Origin: Alphaproteobacteria bacterium
GTDB taxonomy: Bacteria > Pseudomonadota > Alphaproteobacteria > RF32 > CAG-239
Direction: 5' to 3'
DNA length: 64,000 nucleotides
NCBI GenBank assembly: GCA_045643605.1
Contig: JAZULC010000010.1
Location: forward strand, 11,533 to 75,532
The position numbers were made by a program, and so were the translations under genes. The notes under the pieces are model-generated. The model searched no databases. It saw only the letters and a list, made by a program, of their open reading frames with translations, and was not told the DNA's origin. Position 1 is the stretch's first letter; every line of letters begins with the position of its first letter. This document shows positions 59,361 to 64,000 of the stretch, piece after piece.

Positions 59361-61524
59361 AATTTTGAAATTCTGCCAAAATTTCTTTTTTCAATGTAAC
59401 ATTATCTACTTTTCCGGTAGCAAAAGTAGGAATTTTATCTTTATAAACAATTGCTCTCGGCATATAAAGTTCCGGATAACCGTTTTGTTTAATAAAATCC
59501 TTCAACATATCGGCAGTTAATGTCTTATCATTTGTAGCAACAACAATTTGTTCACCTTTATTTTCGTGAGGAATTGCCACAACACCACAACAAAATTCAT
59601 CTTTGCCTTCAAATGCCTTGCATATCATATTTTCAACAGCATGTAAGGATACCATTTCACCACCGATTTTTGCAAAACGTTTTATTCTGTCTTTAATTGT
59701 AATAAAACCGATTTCATCAATATCAACAACATCTCCTGTATGGTACCAACCATTTTCAGGAGGAACCAGCACACCGGGATTGTCAGCTAAAATATATCCG
59801 GCCATAACATTTGGTCCTTTAACAACCAGCTCTCCGCCTGTTTCAATACCGTCAACTTTTTCAAGTTTACATTCCATACCCGGACACAATTTACCAATCG
59901 TTCCAAACTTGTTGAATACCATATTATTTCCGGCAACGGCAGGAGAACATTCTGTAGTACCATATGCTTCCATAAGACGTGTTCCCAAACGTTCATTCAT
60001 TATATTTCTCGTGTCAAGTTTAACTCCTTCAGCCCCCGCATATACCAACCGTAACGAACCAAAATCCAATGGGTGAGAAATTTTTGCATAACTACGGAAA
60101 AATGTATCGGTTCCAATCATAACCGTTGCACCTAATTCATACAACAGATCCGTAATAACACGAAAATGTAAAGGAGACGGATATAAAAATACTTTAGCTC
60201 CTTGATACATAGCATATAATGTTCCAAGCACAAGACCAAAGCTATGGAAAATAGGCATAGAATTCATAACAATATCTGTAATATTTAAAGTTTCAAATGT
60301 TGCAATTTGCCATACATTGGATATTACATTAGCATGAGTCAGCACAACCGCTTTCGGTGCTCCTTCCGATCCGGAAGTAAACAATATTACTGCTCTGTCG
60401 GCAGGATTTGCCTTATATGGTACACATTTAAATTTATATTGAAGTACACCTAAAATTTTTGCAGCAAGAGATATTTTTTTACCGACATCTTCTAAATAAT
60501 ATATCTCACAACCTATTTCTGACAATGCGGAAACAACGCTCTCCAAACCTGCTTTTTTTACAAACAATTTAGAAGTAATGACTTTTTTCATTAACACCGT
60601 TTTAGTGCTTGACACAATATTTTGCACTCCTGCAGAAAAATTTAACATAACAGGTACTTGTCCATAAGCACTTAAACCAAAAAATGTACACATTGCCGCT
60701 ACGGAATTAGGTAATAAAATTCCTAATGGCTCTTGAATATCAGAAATACGATTAAAAAATCTTCCCAAGACATAAGATTTTATCATTACGTCTTTATATG
60801 AATTCGGTTTACGCTGTATATCTTCCAAAATGCTGGCTCTGGTTAATCCGAATTTTCTTTTTCCATAAATTTTAGCAGATTTAATCAACTGTGTAAACAC
60901 CGTTAATTCCGGATTATACATAGATTCAAAAGCTTGTTGTCGCATAATCATATAAACTTCATTTGAAATGTGATTTCGTTGATGACGAAGTTCGTCTTTT
61001 AATTTTAGCGGGCGAGGAGAATCTACTATAATTTTTGCACGAGGCAAACTTCTGTGGGGCAATTTTCCTCTAGTTTTAGAAAATCTACCATATTGTAATC
61101 CGTTTATCCAGATAGGAATTACCGGTGCATCAGCCTTATCAGCTAACAATCCTGCCGATTCATATATCTTCATGATATTTCCGGAATTTGTCATTCTGCC
61201 TTCAGGGAAAATAACGCATAAGCGTCCTGATTGAACAGTACTAATCAATGTCTTTAAATCAGGAATATCGTTGTTATCAAATTCTATTATATCAGCAAAT
61301 TTCATAAGCAACCTAATCCAATAATTTCTGTATAACTCACCATGAAGAGCAAATACAGGATTTCCCGGAAGAAACGCATATAAAACTATCGGATCCAAAT
61401 AAGAAACATGGTTTGAAATATAAACTCCCTTATTGGGTAAATTATTCGGACTAAAACGCAATTCAAATTGTACTTTGGTTAATCTGAAAAAAAATCTCAA
61501 TAAAAAACGCACAAAATTGTTCAT
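59359..61524 (-). CDS. aas: Aas-like acyltransferase / acyl-ACP synthetase, paralogue 2
   Basis: Same architecture as 13032-15221 (NHVSYLDP, FPEGR, TSGSEGAPKAV, YGTTE, GWYHTGD); roughly 60% identical by eye. Confidence 0.8.
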   Translation of the reverse strand: MNNFVRFLLRFFFRLTKVQFELRFSPNNLPNKGVYISNHVSYLDPIVLYAFLPGNPVFALHGELYRNYWIRLLMKFADIIEFDNNDIPDLKTLISTVQSGRLCVIFPEGRMTNSGNIMKIYESAGLLADKADAPVIPIWINGLQYGRFSKTRGKLPHRSLPRAKIIVDSPRPLKLKDELRHQRNHISNEVYMIMRQQAFESMYNPELTVFTQLIKSAKIYGKRKFGLTRASILEDIQRKPNSYKDVMIKSYVLGRFFNRISDIQEPLGILLPNSVAAMCTFFGLSAYGQVPVMLNFSAGVQNIVSSTKTVLMKKVITSKLFVKKAGLESVVSALSEIGCEIYYLEDVGKKISLAAKILGVLQYKFKCVPYKANPADRAVILFTSGSEGAPKAVVLTHANVISNVWQIATFETLNITDIVMNSMPIFHSFGLVLGTLYAMYQGAKVFLYPSPLHFRVITDLLYELGATVMIGTDTFFRSYAKISHPLDFGSLRLVYAGAEGVKLDTRNIMNERLGTRLMEAYGTTECSPAVAGNNMVFNKFGTIGKLCPGMECKLEKVDGIETGGELVVKGPNVMAGYILADNPGVLVPPENGWYHTGDVVDIDEIGFITIKDRIKRFAKIGGEMVSLHAVENMICKAFEGKDEFCCGVVAIPHENKGEQIVVATNDKTLTADMLKDFIKQNGYPELYMPRAIVYKDKIPTFATGKVDNVTLKKEILAEFQN

Positions 61525-61749
61525 ATTATTCTCCGTAATGTATTTTCGGCAAGATTACATTTTTTTCAAAAAAATGTAAAGTAGGCACTTTTAAGAAACT
61601 ATTTTTTAGATAGTATTTAAATAAAAATAAGTGATTTTTATCTTGAAAAAATATAAAATAGTGTTAGATTGTCGCCTTGAGAGTGATAGATAAACATCAC
61701 AGCCGGCGTGGGGTGTTCCACGTATTTTTATATTATAAGGAATTATAAA

Positions 61750-62766
61750 ATGGTAGTTCGCGTAGCTATAAATGGATATGGCCGTATCGGTCGTTTAACT
61801 CATCGTGCAATGGTAGAATCTGGTCGTACAGATATTGAATTGGTTGCTATAAATGATTTAGGAAAACCAATTGATAATGCTCGTTTATTAAAATACGACT
61901 CTATACATGGTCGTTTTGCCGGCACTGTAGAAGCTGATGAAAATTCTATCACCGTAAATGGTCACAAAATCAAAATCTTTGCCGAAAAGGATCCTTTGAA
62001 TCTTCCTTGGAAAGATTTAGATATTGATATAGTTATGGAATGTACAGGTATTTTTGCAGATAAAGAAAAAGCCTCTGTTCATTTGCAGGCTGGTGCAAAA
62101 CAAGTTTTAATTTCTGCTCCTGCTAAAGGTGCCGATAAAACTATTGTATTCGGCGTAAACCAAAATACTTTAACTAAAGACGATCTCATCGTTTCTAATG
62201 CTTCTTGCACAACTAACTGTCTTGCACCTGTAGCTAAAGTTTTACAATCTCTATGTGGAATTAAAAAAGGATATATGACAACTATTCACTCTTATACAGG
62301 TGATCAAAGAACTCTTGATATTGTTCATCCTAAAGACCCATATCGCGGACGTGCTGCTGCATTAAATATGATTCCAACATCAACCGGTGCTGCAAAAGCT
62401 GTTGGATTGGTATTGCCGGAATTAGCAGGTAAATTAGATGGTTCTGCAGTACGCGTTCCTACTCCTGATGTATCTTTAGTTGATTTAACTTTTGATGCTG
62501 AACGTGAAGTTACAGCTGAAGAAATTAATGCTGCTATGAAGAAAGCTGCTGAAGGTGAATTAAAAGGGATTTTGGAATACAATGATGAACCATTAGTATC
62601 TCAAGATTTTGTAAGCGATCCTCATACTTCTATTTTTGATGCAGGACAAACAAAAGTTATGGACGGTAATTTTGTAAGAGTTGTATCTTGGTACGATAAC
62701 GAATGGGGTTTCTCAAACAAGATGAGCGATACAGCTGTTGCAATGGCTAAAGCATTTCGTAAATAA
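61750..62766 (+). CDS. gap: Glyceraldehyde-3-phosphate dehydrogenase
   Basis: MVVRVAINGYGRIGR and SCTTNCLAP; the track's GTG-initiated N-terminal extension was discarded. Confidence 0.95.
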   Translation: MVVRVAINGYGRIGRLTHRAMVESGRTDIELVAINDLGKPIDNARLLKYDSIHGRFAGTVEADENSITVNGHKIKIFAEKDPLNLPWKDLDIDIVMECTGIFADKEKASVHLQAGAKQVLISAPAKGADKTIVFGVNQNTLTKDDLIVSNASCTTNCLAPVAKVLQSLCGIKKGYMTTIHSYTGDQRTLDIVHPKDPYRGRAAALNMIPTSTGAAKAVGLVLPELAGKLDGSAVRVPTPDVSLVDLTFDAEREVTAEEINAAMKKAAEGELKGILEYNDEPLVSQDFVSDPHTSIFDAGQTKVMDGNFVRVVSWYDNEWGFSNKMSDTAVAMAKAFRK

Positions 62767-62782
62767 TAAAAAATAATTATTC

Positions 62783-62812
62783 CCTCCTGAGTTATCAGGG
62801 GGGATTTTTTTA
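62783..62812 (+). terminator. Hairpin plus T-run between gap and pgk
   Basis: ccctcctga / tcagggggg stem (9 bp with one G-U), then A plus T7. Confidence 0.65.
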
Positions 62813-62823
62813 AGGATAAAAAT

Positions 62824-64000
62824 ATGGAATATAAAACAATTGAAGATTTAGGAAACTTAACAGGAAAAGTTGTTATGCTTCGTGCTGATTTAAATGTACC
62901 TGTTGATGAAAATTTGAAAGTTACAAACACAGCAAGAATTGATAGAACTGTTCCTACTATCAAAACATTGATGGAAAAAGGAGCAAAAGTTGTTGTTGTT
63001 TCACATTTCGGACGTCCTGAAGGTTTTGGTGATATAAAAAATTCATTAAAAAATATTGTCTTAAATTTACAAAATGCTTTAGGTAAAACGGTTATTTTTG
63101 TTGATGATTGTATAGGAGATAAAGTTTCACAAGCAATCAAAAATATGAATAATGATGAAGTTTTATTGTTGGAAAATTTACGTTATTATAAAGAAGAAAG
63201 CAAAGGAGATGAAACTTTTGCACAAAAATTAGTTGCTCCGATTGATTATTATGTATCTGATGCTTTTTCAACGGCACACAGAGCACATGCTTCTATGGTT
63301 GCTGCGCCATCACTACGTCCTTCTGCTATGGGATTATTGATGGAAGAAGAAGTTGATGCTTTAACAAAAGGATTAAACAATCCTATACATCCGATAATGG
63401 CTATTGTCGGTGGTTCAAAAGTTTCAACAAAATTAGATTTGTTAAATAATCTCGTAAAAAAAGTTGATAAACTTGTAATTGCAGGTGGTATGGTACATAC
63501 ATTTTTGAAAGCACAGGGATTTAACACAATAAACGAAAAAAACTCTTTGTTACAAACGGATATGATAGATACAACAAAACAAATTTTACAAGTTGCCAAA
63601 GAGCATCATTGCGAAATTATTGTACCTGTTGATTTAGTGTCAGCAAAAGAATTTGCAACCAATGCAGAACATGCTACATTTGCATTAGAAAATATACCTG
63701 AAACCGGCTCTTTACTTGATATAGGTGATAAGAGCGCAGATTTAATTTGTAAAAAATTAGAAGAATGTAAAACAGTTATCTGGAATGGACCTCTTGGCGC
63801 TTTTGAATTAAAACCTTTTGATGAAAACACAAACAAGGTAGCAAGAAAAATTGCAGATCTTACTCAAAGCGGAAAGATTATCAGTGTTGCCGGTGGCGGA
63901 GATACCGTATCTGCACTGGAAAATGCTAAAGTTGCAGATAAATTTACATACATTTCAACAGCAGGCGGAGCTTTTCTTGAATGGATGGAAGGAAAAGAAT
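62824..64000 (+). CDS. pgk: Phosphoglycerate kinase (3' end beyond the window)
   Basis: My translation reads MEYKTIEDLGNLTGKVVMLRADLNVPV...SHFGRP...; absent from the ORF track because it is open-ended. Confidence 0.93.
   Translation, partial: MEYKTIEDLGNLTGKVVMLRADLNVPVDENLKVTNTARIDRTVPTIKTLMEKGAKVVVVSHFGRPEGFGDIKNSLKNIVLNLQNALGKTVIFVDDCIGDKVSQAIKNMNNDEVLLLENLRYYKEESKGDETFAQKLVAPIDYYVSDAFSTAHRAHASMVAAPSLRPSAMGLLMEEEVDALTKGLNNPIHPIMAIVGGSKVSTKLDLLNNLVKKVDKLVIAGGMVHTFLKAQGFNTINEKNSLLQTDMIDTTKQILQVAKEHHCEIIVPVDLVSAKEFATNAEHATFALENIPETGSLLDIGDKSADLICKKLEECKTVIWNGPLGAFELKPFDENTNKVARKIADLTQSGKIISVAGGGDTVSALENAKVADKFTYISTAGGAFLEWMEGKE

Noticed and set aside
62622-63836. - strand ORFs 62622-63140, 63249-63599 and 63606-63836
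   Set aside because: They are antisense to an unambiguous pgk reading frame (MEYKTIEDLGNLTGKVVMLRADLNVPV...), which the track omits because it runs off the window.

Overview
AT-rich bacterial chromosomal segment, densely coded and mostly housekeeping. Hand counts of 60-nt lines give about 27-38% GC. Recognisable genes include pta-ackA, dnaJ, tgt, a class II aldolase and an apbE-rseC-rnfBCDGEA electron-transport operon. There are also dsbD, an msbA-like ABC exporter, rpmH-rnpA-yidD-yidC-engB, rubrerythrin, an M23 peptidase, hsp20, accBC and csp. A long same-strand block carries ffs-dnaX-ybaB-recR-ffh-rpsP-rimM-trmD-rplS. The rest is lpoA-like/rsmI/yraN, truA, eno, nfo, rpmB, gap-pgk, two aas-like paralogues, tRNA-Asp(GTC) and tRNA-Ser(GGA). 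The long L28, the S16 with a C-terminal extension, the ELM1-like gene and CTTG-N18-CCTATAT heat-shock promoters suggest a low-GC, anaerobic, probably host-associated alphaproteobacterium (inference only). No transposase, integrase, CRISPR array or recognisable defence system was seen. The observations most worth follow-up are listed here. (1) Two slippery sites with immediate out-of-frame stops in dnaX. (2) A 13-nt Shine-Dalgarno / anti-Shine-Dalgarno triplet around the hsp20 operon, a candidate RNA thermometer. (3) A 1.24-kb cassette bracketed by a perfect 33-bp duplicated terminator, carrying a YD-like secreted protein behind a structured terminator-containing leader of unknown class. (4) A GC-richer two-gene islet at the left edge. 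(5) Several orphan membrane or secreted genes next to tRNA-Ser, accBC and rpmB. I could not identify a clear multi-gene novel system. All functional calls rest on motif recognition by eye, with no database search.
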